NCBI GenBank assembly: GCA_018696595.1
Contig: JABHQW010000006.1
Location: forward strand, 1 to 58,232
Source: Candidatus Woesearchaeota archaeon
Lineage (GTDB): Archaea; Nanobdellota; Nanobdellia; Woesearchaeales; GW2011-AR9
DNA: 58,232 bases
Direction of reading: 5' to 3'
Shown: positions 1-11,100 of the stretch, one piece after another
How positions within the stretch are numbered: the first letter of the stretch is position 1
Layout of the letters: every line of letters starts with the position of its first letter
Position numbers and translations under genes: made by a program
Notes under the pieces: model-generated
Database searches by the model: none
What the model saw: the letters and a program-made list of their open reading frames with translations, nothing else
Told to the model about the DNA's origin: nothing

Positions 1-1
1 A

Positions 2-436
2 TTTCAAATCAACAACATAAGATGGCCCTTTCTTCCCATCTTTACCAAGCCAAGCAACTTCTACTTGATCTTCTGCTAAAGACTCCAAACTAACATCAGG
101 AAATTTATCAATCAGATCTTTCCTATCTCTATGAAAATAACGTGGATCTTTAACTTTTATTTTCTCAGGAACCACTACTTTTAATTCCCCTTCATCACTA
201 AGAAAATATGCTGCAACGAACTCCGCAATTTCAGATCTCCCATAAGCAAAACACTCTTGCTGCCATTTTGCTGCTACCACTTTATGTCCTCCCGTTTCTA
301 AATATTCCACACCTGTAACATCAAATTGGTAACCACCACCAATAGTCTTAATAAATTCCGATTTCAGTCGATCTCCAACTCCTGGCAGATGTTCTTCTGC
401 TTCAGCAATCTTTTCTTCTAATTTTTTTTCAGTCAT
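2..436 (-). CDS. Hypothetical protein, runs off the left edge (at least 145 aa, MTEKKLEEKIAEAEEHLPG...)
   Basis: Hand-translated: ATG at 436-434, 2 nt after the stop of the upstream ORF, open to position 2. Not in the ORF track because no stop is in the window. Confidence 0.75.
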   Translation of the reverse strand, partial: MTEKKLEEKIAEAEEHLPGVGDRLKSEFIKTIGGGYQFDVTGVEYLETGGHKVVAAKWQQECFAYGRSEIAEFVAAYFLSDEGELKVVVPEKIKVKDPRYFHRDRKDLIDKFPDVSLESLAEDQVEVAWLGKDGKKGPSYVVDLK

Positions 437-438
437 TT

Positions 439-1284
439 TTATTTCACCTCCTTTTCTTTAATTAATTCAACAAAATCCATCCAAGCATCAATCCACAATA
501 ATTTTTCAGGGGCATCCCTACGAGATTCAATTTTTGCTTCCAAATCATCAGCTACACCCAACTCACTAAATTTATTAGCTAATGCATCTGCAGCTTTTTG
601 TCTAATAGCAAGTGGCACATGTCCAAAACTTCCTGAAGTATCATATAACATTAAATGTCCTTCTTCTACAGAACCTGTAATCCAACCCCCACCAAACACA
701 CCATAAAGTCCAATTTCTTGAGGCAAACTACGGTGCTCATAATATGAAGGGGGATGAGCAATAAAATCTTCATCTTTATGGATTTTTTCGAGTAATCCTT
801 TCAATCCTTCTTTCAGTTCAGGATGTTCTTCAATTATGTCTTCATGTTTGTAAGTCAAATAAGTTACAGTATCTCTCAAAGTAAGAGTTTTACCTAGTTC
901 TTCTTTTTTCTGAATATAACTTTCCATTACATGTAAGACATAATCTCTTACGGATTCAATACCATGCTTTTCTTTAACACTAGTTCTGAAATCCTCAGAA
1001 TCTAAATATGCAGCTTCAATAGTTTCAATAGAATCCCCACAATCAGAACTTGGAAAAGGAGTACTAGTTCTAAATCTATCACGAAGTTTAGAATCTTCGG
1101 CGATAGTAACATGTGCAGCATTCTCTTCTTTCGCTAAAATTAATCCAATTTCATCAAAATGTTCTCCATCCAAAAAAACAATATATTTTCTACGCGTTAA
1201 TGGATCATCAATTGTTCCACCATACATACCTCTAACTTCAAGTAAACCTTCTTCACTAACATTTATTTTATATTCTCTTGTCAT
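439..1284 (-). CDS. Hypothetical protein, possibly Janus/Ocnus (PHP14)-like fold with a large insertion
   Basis: 281-aa ORF with KYIVF...HVTI and GGGWI...LYDTSGSFGH motifs. Family assignment tentative. Confidence 0.75.
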   Translation of the reverse strand: MTREYKINVSEEGLLEVRGMYGGTIDDPLTRRKYIVFLDGEHFDEIGLILAKEENAAHVTIAEDSKLRDRFRTSTPFPSSDCGDSIETIEAAYLDSEDFRTSVKEKHGIESVRDYVLHVMESYIQKKEELGKTLTLRDTVTYLTYKHEDIIEEHPELKEGLKGLLEKIHKDEDFIAHPPSYYEHRSLPQEIGLYGVFGGGWITGSVEEGHLMLYDTSGSFGHVPLAIRQKAADALANKFSELGVADDLEAKIESRRDAPEKLLWIDAWMDFVELIKEKEVK

Positions 1285-1363
1285 TTTTTATTCCCTCTTT
1301 TAACACCTACTTTGTAAGTGTTTGTTATACAATAGTAGTAACCACGGAGCATATAAATATTTA

Positions 1364-1381
1364 TTCTCCAAAAATGGAGAA
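1364..1381. promoter_or_regulatory. 7-4-7 inverted repeat TTCTCCA-AAAA-TGGAGAA, candidate operator
   Basis: Perfect IR between divergent promoters, just upstream of the BRE/TATA of the TrmB gene. Confidence 0.4.
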
Positions 1382-1392
1382 CAACAGCAAAG

Positions 1393-1400
1393 TTTAAATA
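1393..1400 (+). promoter_or_regulatory. TATA box (TTTAAATA), leaderless promoter of the TrmB gene
   Basis: A-rich BRE upstream; 23 nt before ATG 1424. Confidence 0.65.
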
Positions 1401-1423
1401 AAACAAACAATTAAGAAGTAAAC

Positions 1424-2146
1424 ATGGACACAAAAATTTTAGAAGATATTGGACTAACAAATGCAGAAATCAAAATATACCTAGCATTATTAGAACTCGG
1501 AACATCAACAGCAGGACCAATCTTAGAAAAATCGGGCTTGCAAAATTCTGTGGTTCACATGACTCTTAAAAAACTAGTAGATAAAGGCCTAGTTACATTT
1601 GTTAAAGAAGGAAAAGTCAACCATTATCAAGCCGCTAATCCGAATCATATTATTGAGTTTATCAACGACAAAAAAGAACGATTTCAAGAGATTCTCCCAG
1701 AATTATTGTTAAAACAACAAACAGCTAAACAAAAGCCAGAAATTATTACTTTCCGAGGGATTAGAGGAATAAAAGAATTACTTTTAGAACTATTAGATGC
1801 AGGTGGAAAAGAACATCACACTTTTGGTTCTACAAAAGAATCTTTAATGCTCGGAGAAGCTTGGTGGATAAGTTATCATAAAAAAAGAGCAAGTAAGAAT
1901 ATTAAAGCAAAACTAATCTTTAATGAATCTTTACAATTCTGGAAAGCTGAAGCAAAATATCCAAAATCAACAATAAGATATACAAATCAAGGTTTTGAAC
2001 CTTTAACAGAAACAATTATCAGAAATGATAAGATAGGTATTATTATCTGGACTAAGAAACCGATGGGCGTTCTAATACACAACAAGATTGCTGCTGATTC
2101 TTACGAGCATTTCTTTAAGATGATCTGGAAAGGATCATTTGAATAA
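1424..2146 (+). CDS. TrmB-family transcriptional regulator
   Basis: N-terminal wHTH (GLTNAEIKIYLALLELG...LVDKGLV) plus C-terminal effector domain. Confidence 0.9.
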   Translation: MDTKILEDIGLTNAEIKIYLALLELGTSTAGPILEKSGLQNSVVHMTLKKLVDKGLVTFVKEGKVNHYQAANPNHIIEFINDKKERFQEILPELLLKQQTAKQKPEIITFRGIRGIKELLLELLDAGGKEHHTFGSTKESLMLGEAWWISYHKKRASKNIKAKLIFNESLQFWKAEAKYPKSTIRYTNQGFEPLTETIIRNDKIGIIIWTKKPMGVLIHNKIAADSYEHFFKMIWKGSFE

Positions 2147-2157
2147 AAAAAGAAAAA

Positions 2158-2448
2158 TTATTTCTCTTTCCAACCAGAATCATGTAAGTCAGTTATAATC
2201 TTATCTAAATCTTGGTGTGTACAATGTATACCCCCAACAAGACTTACTCCTTCAGTACTTCCATCTGGTCTCATTTGTAACGCCATAACTGAATAAACAC
2301 CACCTCTGCCCACTCCAGTATGTCTTTGACCAATTGTACTAAACCCAGTCGCCAATTCAGGATCACCCATTGCTTCCATATTAGGTTTAACATCATATGA
2401 CCCCTCTGACCTACCTATTGAATATGTTTTTAATTCTCTATCATCCAT
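2158..2448 (-). CDS. Hypothetical protein
   Basis: 96-aa ORF with GGAGG-like SD upstream. Confidence 0.7.
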   Translation of the reverse strand: MDDRELKTYSIGRSEGSYDVKPNMEAMGDPELATGFSTIGQRHTGVGRGGVYSVMALQMRPDGSTEGVSLVGGIHCTHQDLDKIITDLHDSGWKEK

Positions 2449-2561
2449 TTTATTTTACCTCCATTTGTTCAATTTAATATTAAGAGAACAAGAGAGATAT
2501 AAAAGTTGGGAAGTATTTTTAGGTCAAAATAAGAAAAAATACAACTAAAAAAATAAAAAAA

Positions 2562-3053
2562 CTAATCACCAATAATTTTCAGTCCAATATCATAATATTT
2601 TTTATAAGGTCCACGGTTTAATTGGCCCACCCACTCATTTATTTCTTTCCAGAATGTTTCTTCTAAAGCAATCAAACCATTTATTTCTTTAATAATTGGA
2701 GCCAAAACTTCCTCTTTTTTTTCTTTTGGCATATTTAATATTTGGAACGGTTTATCTCCTTTAGTTAATTGTTTAACAATATCATTCCATAATTGCTTTA
2801 TTCTTTTTGTATGATCATCAATATTAACCTTAAATCTAAGAACTTTTTTATCATCTTTATGTTCTGTTAAAAAACCAGTAACAACCCACCGAGTACGGAC
2901 AGAATGTCCCACTAATAATTGAACATAATCACGAGCTTGATAAACAAAGTCCCTACTATGCCCGGGATCAGTAATTGTGCCTTCAAGTTTATCTCTAGCT
3001 TTTCCCAGTAAAAATCCAGGAATATTAATTCCACCACTAGTCACATTTACCAT
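2562..3053 (-). CDS. Hypothetical protein
   Basis: 163-aa ORF, no motif recognised. Confidence 0.7.
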   Translation of the reverse strand: MVNVTSGGINIPGFLLGKARDKLEGTITDPGHSRDFVYQARDYVQLLVGHSVRTRWVVTGFLTEHKDDKKVLRFKVNIDDHTKRIKQLWNDIVKQLTKGDKPFQILNMPKEKKEEVLAPIIKEINGLIALEETFWKEINEWVGQLNRGPYKKYYDIGLKIIGD

Positions 3054-3142
3054 ATTATCATTTAGGAAAATATTAAAGTTTATAAAATTACCTAAGAGGT
3101 TAATTCTTCTTAATCACTGATTTTCCTGGATTCTCCAAAACA

Positions 3143-3150
3143 TTTATAAA
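3143..3150 (+). promoter_or_regulatory. BRE/TATA (CAAAACA-TTTATAAA) of the rpl21e operon
   Basis: 23 nt before ATG 3174. Confidence 0.7.
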
Positions 3151-3173
3151 CCATTAACGAAAATAACCTCAAC

Positions 3174-3461
3174 ATGGTAACTAGAACAGGAACTAAACAA
3201 AGGAAAACAAGACACAAGTATACCCAAACATTAAGAAGTAAAGGTAAAATCCCGTTAAGTAAATATTTTCAAAAATTTGTAAACGGAGATAAAGTTAACT
3301 TAAAAGTTTACGCTGGTGTACAAAAAGGACGATTCTTTCCAAGATTTCACGGAATGACTGGGACAGTTTCAGGCCAAAAAGGTTCTTGTTACGAAGTTAC
3401 AATTAAAGATGGTGGAAAAACAAAAAGATTATTCATCCATCCAATACATTTAAGTAAGTAA
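3174..3461 (+). CDS. rpl21e: 50S ribosomal protein L21e (eL21)
   Basis: GDKVNLK...GRFFPRFHGMTGTV...HPIHL; conserved rpl21e-rpo4-DUF655 order. Confidence 0.97.
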   Translation: MVTRTGTKQRKTRHKYTQTLRSKGKIPLSKYFQKFVNGDKVNLKVYAGVQKGRFFPRFHGMTGTVSGQKGSCYEVTIKDGGKTKRLFIHPIHLSK

Positions 3462-3478
3462 ATTATTTAACAATTAAA

Positions 3479-3823
3479 ATGGCAAACCCACAATTTATTG
3501 AACAAACATCACTTTCTTTAGCAGATTTAAAGGAAGAACTGATTAGAATTGAAAAAAGAGATAAAGAATTAAATTATCTTTCAAACAAAACTAAAGAATA
3601 TTTAGACAATTTTGTTAAACTTGATAGTAAACAACAGGAAGAATTGAAAAAGAAGTTATTAGGTCTTAATTTAACTCGATTAAAAGACGAACACGTTGCT
3701 AAAATAATTGATTTCTTACCAAAAACAATTGACGAATTAAAAGTGATTTTGCAAGCGTACCCATTAAGTATGCCCAAAGGAGATCAAGAATCAATTGTTA
3801 AAACGGTTAAGGGATTTATTTAA
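3479..3823 (+). CDS. rpo4: RNA polymerase subunit Rpo4 (RpoF)
   Basis: ELNYLSNKTKEYL, KIIDFLPKTIDELKVIL (HRDC-like); synteny. Confidence 0.9.
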   Translation: MANPQFIEQTSLSLADLKEELIRIEKRDKELNYLSNKTKEYLDNFVKLDSKQQEELKKKLLGLNLTRLKDEHVAKIIDFLPKTIDELKVILQAYPLSMPKGDQESIVKTVKGFI

Positions 3824-3898
3824 GTTCTTAATTTATTACACATAAAAAAACGCAATTTTTATTAACTCCAACAGATACACTACTAACTTGAATAGAAA

Positions 3899-4462
3899 AT
3901 GAACCCAATTGATAAACCACAAACAAGAGAAGAAAGAGCAATCGTCTTAGATTTCCTTGAACACGGATATCCGTTTGACCAAGGATCCATGAAGACACCA
4001 ATAGTGCAAGCTCTTGGATTAACTCATTTAACATTATTAGAACTTATTCCAAAAAAAGGAGTCCATTTACAACCACACCAAGAAGTTTACATTGGCGAGG
4101 GTAAAAGAGATGAGATCCACCACATTAAAGGCAGAATCTTGATTGATAAATTAACAAATTCTGCAGGAAAAGAGTTACCACATGTGGTAGAAGAAGTAAT
4201 TAGTAAAGACAATGATAGATTTATTAGTTTCTTTAACAAAGCTCAACCATTAACGATGAGAATGCACCAGTTAGAATTACTCCCTGGATTAGGAAAAAAG
4301 CACATGTGGGAAGTAATTAATGCTAGAAAAGCAAAACCATTCGAAAACTTTGAAGATTTAAAGAGTAGAGTGAAGTTAATTCCAGACCCAACAGGGATGG
4401 TAGTAAAAAGAATTCTTTCTGAATTAAAAGGAAAAGAGAAGTATAACCTTTTTGTAGGGTAA
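3899..4462 (+). CDS. DUF655 family putative nucleic-acid-binding protein
   Basis: AIVLDFLEHGYP, FFNKAQPLTMRMHQLELLPGLGKKHMW, KPFENFEDL. Confidence 0.93.
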   Translation: MNPIDKPQTREERAIVLDFLEHGYPFDQGSMKTPIVQALGLTHLTLLELIPKKGVHLQPHQEVYIGEGKRDEIHHIKGRILIDKLTNSAGKELPHVVEEVISKDNDRFISFFNKAQPLTMRMHQLELLPGLGKKHMWEVINARKAKPFENFEDLKSRVKLIPDPTGMVVKRILSELKGKEKYNLFVG

Positions 4463-4557
4463 AATACTGCACTTATTTTGTTAGTTACACGAACTCGCCC
4501 GTAAATTAGTACTAATAACAAAACCAGACTTTTTATAACTACAACCTAAGAGAAATG

Positions 4558-4565
4558 TTTATAAA
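4558..4565 (+). promoter_or_regulatory. TATA box of rpl10e
   Basis: TTTATAAA 23 nt before ATG 4589. Confidence 0.65.
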
Positions 4566-4588
4566 TAAACCCCATTTCTAAGATAAAC

Positions 4589-5104
4589 ATGGCGAAATTA
4601 AGAAAGTTTGCAGCGTATCAAGGACTAGAAAGACCATACACAAGAATTAGTAAATATACTAAGAAAAATTACGTTCGTGGTGGATTCCCACACATGAAAG
4701 TTATTAAGTTTGATATGGGTAACCCTAGAAAAGAGTATGATACTGTAATTAAGTTAAATTCTACAAAAGCTATGAATTTCCGTCATAACGCTTTAGAATC
4801 TGCAAGAATGACTTCTAACAGATTGCTAGAAAAAAAAATTGGTAAAGAATACCATCTAAGAATCAAAGTTTATCCGTTCCATGTACTAAGAGAAAACCCC
4901 TTAGCAAGTGGAGCAGGAGCAGACAGAATGAGTACTGGGATGAAGAAGTCTTATGGTAAATCAATTGGTTGTGCAGCAAGAGTTAAAGAAGGCCAAACTG
5001 TAATGGAACTAAGAATTGATAGTGCAAACTTAAAGTTGGGCAAAGAAGCATTAAGTAGAGCAGCAAAGAAATTTCCTTGCACATGTAAAGTAGTTGCTCA
5101 GTAA
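4589..5104 (+). CDS. rpl10e: 50S ribosomal protein uL16 (L10e type)
   Basis: YPFHVLRENP...GAGADRMSTGMKKSYGK; RAAKKFP. Confidence 0.97.
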   Translation: MAKLRKFAAYQGLERPYTRISKYTKKNYVRGGFPHMKVIKFDMGNPRKEYDTVIKLNSTKAMNFRHNALESARMTSNRLLEKKIGKEYHLRIKVYPFHVLRENPLASGAGADRMSTGMKKSYGKSIGCAARVKEGQTVMELRIDSANLKLGKEALSRAAKKFPCTCKVVAQ

Positions 5105-5146
5105 ATATTTTATTTCTTTAATGCAATATAAAAAGATTAGATAATA

Positions 5147-8100
5147 TTATCTCAACCAACTCAACTTCTTCTCAATCTTTCCCAACTCCATCTCAAGTTT
5201 CTGTTCTCTTTTAGTTTCCAATAAATGTTTCCGATCAATTTTATTAATTATCCGGACGGCTTCATTCATTGCTTTCTGATCATTAGAATTTAGTTCTTTA
5301 TTATCTAATGACCGAACTTTCCCTTTATATTTAGAAACTTTAGTAATAATTCTTTTTCGACCCACAACAAAATCAACGTTAGACAACCTCATTTCTACAG
5401 CAGACAATTCTTTATTTAACTGAGCTAATCTTTGCAATTCTAAACGTTTCTTTTCTTCCAGCTTTTTACTAACCTTAATGATCTTAATTTTAGTTTTCTT
5501 TTCTTCAATAAGTTTTCTGGGAGTAACCCGTACAATTTTCTTAACAACAGGTTCATCCAACCGAGCTAATGAACGATTAACTTTTTCTAAGTCTTTAGTT
5601 AACTTATCAACTTTAACATCTTTAACGCGATGTTTCATCTCCAGTTTCTTAGATATTTTCTTAACTTCAGCAATTGCCCTTCTATCTGCCGCAGATATTT
5701 TCTTAACATTATTAAAAGACGTAACCTTACGATCAATCTCTTTAAACCTAATTCCAAAATTCTCTTTACTTAACTTCTCAGTTACCTGTCCTAGTTCTCT
5801 ATTCAGTTTCAATAACTCTGGAGACGGTTCTAAGATTGTAGCTTTTGGTAAAGGTTTCTCTTTTAATTTCTTAAACCCTTTCTTCTCTTCTGCGAATCCT
5901 ATCTTTCTTTCTTTGCTAACTACTGGACGGAATCTAGCTCTAAATTTATGAGGTATTGGTTCATCAATTGTTTTAAGTCTTAAATCAATTTGTTCCAACT
6001 CTTCCATCAATTTTGGTTTTCTTTTATTGCCAATCTCTTTGATTGGTTTCTTCTTTAGTGGAGTTAAAGTAATTGTTGGAATAGCCGAACCTTTAATCTT
6101 AACCTGTGGGAAAGATTTCTTTTGCCAGATATAACTTATTAACCAAGATCTAAACCTAGCCAAATGAGTTCTAGTCCAAACAATAAATAATTGGATCTCT
6201 TTGAAGACAAACTTGAAACCACGAATCAATGCCCTAAAAGGAGTAACAACCATGATTCCCAATCCTAAAGTCATTGCTTTAATCAATAATACCAATCCCT
6301 TTCCAATTTCCAAGATTACTTTCCCAATAAAAGTAAAAGTTCTTTTAATAGCAATAAATAACATCAAGAACAATGCTTTAAACAGATACAACATTCCAGC
6401 AATAGTCCAATGATAATGCTTCTTAGCCAGCTTCTTAGTTTCCTTACCAGCCATCACAGTTGACTCTTTAACATCAAGTAAAGCCTCACTAGTTTTCGTT
6501 ACAGATTTGTTAACATTCTTCTTAACGGCCTTATGGGTCTCCCACAATGCATCAGAGGCGGCATCTGAGACCCGGGTGGAATGCTTAACGGTTCTTCTGA
6601 ATAACTTTCTTAACTGTCGTGCGATGTAATTTCGAACAGATCTCTTAACAAAGATTATCCCTCCAACAAAAGTAAGAGTATATTTAACAATTCTTCGAAC
6701 TAACTTCCTCAATTGACGCATAATGTAATTTCTGATGGAACGCTTAGTCTTTACTGAAGTTTCTCCAAACTCCATTGCTGCTTGAGCAGTTCCACGAACA
6801 GATTTCCTAACTGCCCTCTTAGTGTCTAATGCAGCATCTGAGGTGACATCTGAAACTCGAGTAGAATGCCTAACAATTCTTCGAACTAACTTCCTTAACT
6901 GACGCATGATATAATTTCTAATGGAACGCTTAGTCTTTACAGTACTTTCCCCAATTCCTACTGCTAACTTACCAGTCTCACGCACAGATTTACGAACATT
7001 TCTTTTAATAGCTTTGTGAGTGTCCCATAATGCATCTGAAGAAGCATCTGCCGCCCTAGTTGAATGTCTAACAGTCTTCTTAACAAATTTCCTAAACATA
7101 CGACCAATAAATAACACAACAGCAGCCACCGCAAAAACAACTTTCTTAAAAGGATAAGCAATAACAAATCCAACAATCTTAAAAGACTTGACAATAGTTC
7201 TCTTAACCCTTACTTTAATTGAGAACCTACTTTCACTCTTCTTCTTACTGTACCACTTTCTCAGCTTTGGAACAGTGTAAACAACCACAATTAATAATAC
7301 AATAAATATAGCAAAAGCAATTAGATATAAAGAATAATTATTAAACAATACCTTAGCTTGATTAAAGAAAGCAAAACCAGTAGCCACAGGTAGGCCCTCA
7401 GAAGGTTCATTAAATACTTCATCCTTTTCTTCTTTTTCTTCTACCTCGCTGCTCCCAGATTCTTCCTCAATTGGAACTTCTTCAATTTCCCCTTCTTCAA
7501 CAATCTGTACACACTTCCCAGACTTTAATTGAGTGTCAGGGGGACAACTTATTCCAGAAGACGACCCACTAGAAGAAGTTTCTTCAGTAGTACCAGGAGC
7601 CGCATAATTCAAAATAATGGTCCTGTTCACATCACCCCAATCTTTATTGTTAGCAATATCTTGGGCTAAACAATTCCAAGTATATGCCCCTACACCTAAT
7701 TCAAATGTCCAATTGCTACTGTTAATCTTTCCATTAATGTTAGTTGTTTGATTACGAATAAAATTAGTGTTGCTAGAATCAGTCAAATATAAGGACAAAT
7801 TAACCAGCGCAAGATCATCAGTAACATTACAAACAAAGGAGACATTTGTAAGAGCAGCCGAACTATTAGAATAACTTGCTGCAGGAGATGTTAAAGTTAC
7901 ATTTGATTTCTGATCAGTTACATTAACAAAGAACACACTAGAGTTAGTATTACTAGAGCTATCATTAATACTAACGTTTAGATTGTAAATTCCAATTGAT
8001 AAATTAGTAGCGTTCTCTAAATAACCACTATTGTTAATTTTAAAATGAGTAGTATCATTAATGGTATAGTTACTTATATTGTAATTGTCGCTTGCACTAA

Positions 8101-11100
8101 TTTGGTAAGCAAAAGAAATATTATAACCAGCGGCTTGGTCCTGTGGAAGATTAACGAAATAAGGGGAAGTAATATCAGTTACATTAACAAAGAACACACT
8201 AGAGTTAGTATTACTAGAGCTATCATTGATAGTAATGTTAAGCCAGTAAAGTGTTAAACTTAAAGCAGTAACATTTTCCAAATAACCACTACCATTAATC
8301 ACAAAACTAGTTGTATCATTAACAGAATAATTACTTACATTATGGTTGTCACTAGCATTTATTTGATAAGCAAAAGAATCACCATAATTTATTGTTTGAT
8401 TCTGGGATCGATTAACAAAGTTAGGGACAATACTATCAGTTACATTGACAAAAAATATCGAAGAGTTAGTGTTATTAAAGGTATCATTAATAGTAATGTT
8501 AAGCCAATAAAGTGCCAAAGGCAATGAAGTAGCATTCTCCAAATAACCACTGCTATTAATCTTAAAGTTAGTTGTATCATTAACAGTATAACTGCTTACA
8601 TTATGATTATCACTAGCATTTATTTGATAAGCAAATAGATCACTATAACCAAGAGTTTGATTTTGAGGAATGTTGACAAAGTATGGAGACGTAGTATCTG
8701 TTACGTTAACAAAGATAACACTATGATTTAAGTTGTTAGAAGTATCATTAATGGTAATATTGATCCAGTAAAGTGTTAAACTTAAAGCAGTAACATTTTC
8801 TATGTACCCACTATTATTAATTACAAACCTAGTTGTATCATTAATAGAATAATTCCCTAATGCAACATCATCAGTGGCATTAATGTCATAACTAAATAAA
8901 CTTCCATACTGAACAGTTTGGTTCTGTGGGGTGGGATTAAAAACAGGAAACTCCTTTTCTTCAATAGTAGTATAGTTACTAAAAGCAGAAACTGTTGCTA
9001 TTACTATACCACCAGAGTCTGTAGTAATGTTACAAGTATCAAGATTATCGCAGCGCACTCCACTTTTATATAATAGGTGAGTAGTAGAATTTAATCCCTT
9101 AAATGTAAGCTGAGCAGTAGAGTTAAGATTAGACAGGTTCACATGGTTTGTTAATCCCAAATTATTACTTTCAACAAAAACATTAGTTCCAATTGCAAGA
9201 TTCAAATAGGTTGTTAAATTTGTTTTATTCCAATTAATTTCTCCAAGAGAATTGTTATACACTAAACTATTGAAGTAAGAGTTGCCTGTGGTATCAAGAA
9301 TACTTTTGTTTATGGTAGTAGAAAAGTTATTGTTAATTATAACATTGTTTTCTGAAGTGCCATAAACATAAAATGCAGAGCTTAATGTCCCAGTAGAAGT
9401 AGTGATAAAAGTATTATTTGTAAAAAGATTTGAATCAGAACTACTGACGCTAGCACTAATAGAACTTGTCCCAGTAACTTGCACAAAGTTATCTAAGAAA
9501 CTATTAGAATTGGAACTAGAAAGAGCAAACCCATTTCTTTGAGAAGCAACACTTGTTGAAACATTACAATTTACAATCGTGTTATTATTCGAAGAAGTAA
9601 GTTCAATACCTCTAGAATCGGTGGTTGTTATTGTAACGTTAGTTACATTGACAGAGTTCGCAGTAGATAAGAATATTCCCGAACTGTGTGCCCCTATAGC
9701 ATTAATAGTAATATTTTGAATAGTTCCGTTGCTCATGCCACCAAAATAAATTGGATATTTAGCACTAGTTGTAACATTTCCTTCGTAAACCTTACAATTT
9801 TTAACAGTCACATTATCAAAACCAGTATTGTTCACACCATAACCCAAAGTTCCACCAATAGAATAATTGACTAAGTTATTTGCACAATCTAAAACCACAT
9901 GAGAAGCATTAATTGTAAAACAATGATCAGTTGCATTTACATTTGAAGTTAAAGTAACATCACCATTAACATAACCGCAGCTAGTTGAATTAGCGATTGG
10001 CAGACCTTGTGCAGTAGTAGTATAATTACTAAATGAAGTGATATTAGCATATAAGATTCCGTTAGTAACATCATAACTAACATTACAAAGGTTACCGTTA
10101 TCACATCTAATCCCATCTTTATAAAGCCAAGGAGTTGCTGCATAAGCCAGCCCATAAAATGTAATTTTAGCAGTAGTGTTTAACTGCCCCACGTTTGGAT
10201 GATTAACGACACCAACTAAATTATCTTTTAAGAAAATGGTAGTGTTGATTGAAAGATTAATTGAAGTTGTAAGATTACTAGAATTCCAGAAAATTTTCCC
10301 CATGGAATTATTGTAAGTTAAAGAGTTTAAAGTAGTAAGTACAGATTCATCAAAGATAGGGGCAGATTGTACTGTGGTAACATTATTATTAATTAGTGAA
10401 TTATTAGCAGAATCTTCTTGGATCCAGATACCATAACTAGTTGCTCCACTTGTTTTAACTATGTTGTTTTGGATCGTACAGTTGTAAACATCACCAAAAG
10501 CATTTGATTCTAAGTTGATTCCATAACCATTATCTGTGGAGGTAGTAATATTATTATTACTAACCATAATCGCGTGACTTCTTGTTAAATAAATCCCGTC
10601 TTTATTGGAGATGAAAGTATTATTCTCAATCCTACCAAAGTCGCTTTCAAAGAAATGAAGCCCATCTGCACCACTAGCGTTAACAAAGTTATTTGTAACA
10701 TTAAGGTTGTGTGAACTCCAGTAAAGAGACAACCCACGATTTAAAGCATAAATCGTATTGTTATCAATAATCCAACGAGAACAACCATTTGTACTAATAC
10801 CAAATCCAGTGGTGGTGTTAATCTTATTATGATTCACAATACCATTATTAGAGGTGGTACTACAATCAACACCATATCCTGCAACCAATAACATGGTATT
10901 CCAAGTAACATTGTTATTATTAGAAGAACTAGCAACATCGACAGCGTGGCCATTAGATGCACTGGTGATAAAAGTGTTATTATAGATCTCATTAGTATTC
11001 GAACTACTTACTAATCCAACACCATAACTTGTACTTCCAATAGTGATAAGAGTATTGTTACTTATTTTTGAATTAGTTCCACCACTAAAGTAAATATCGT

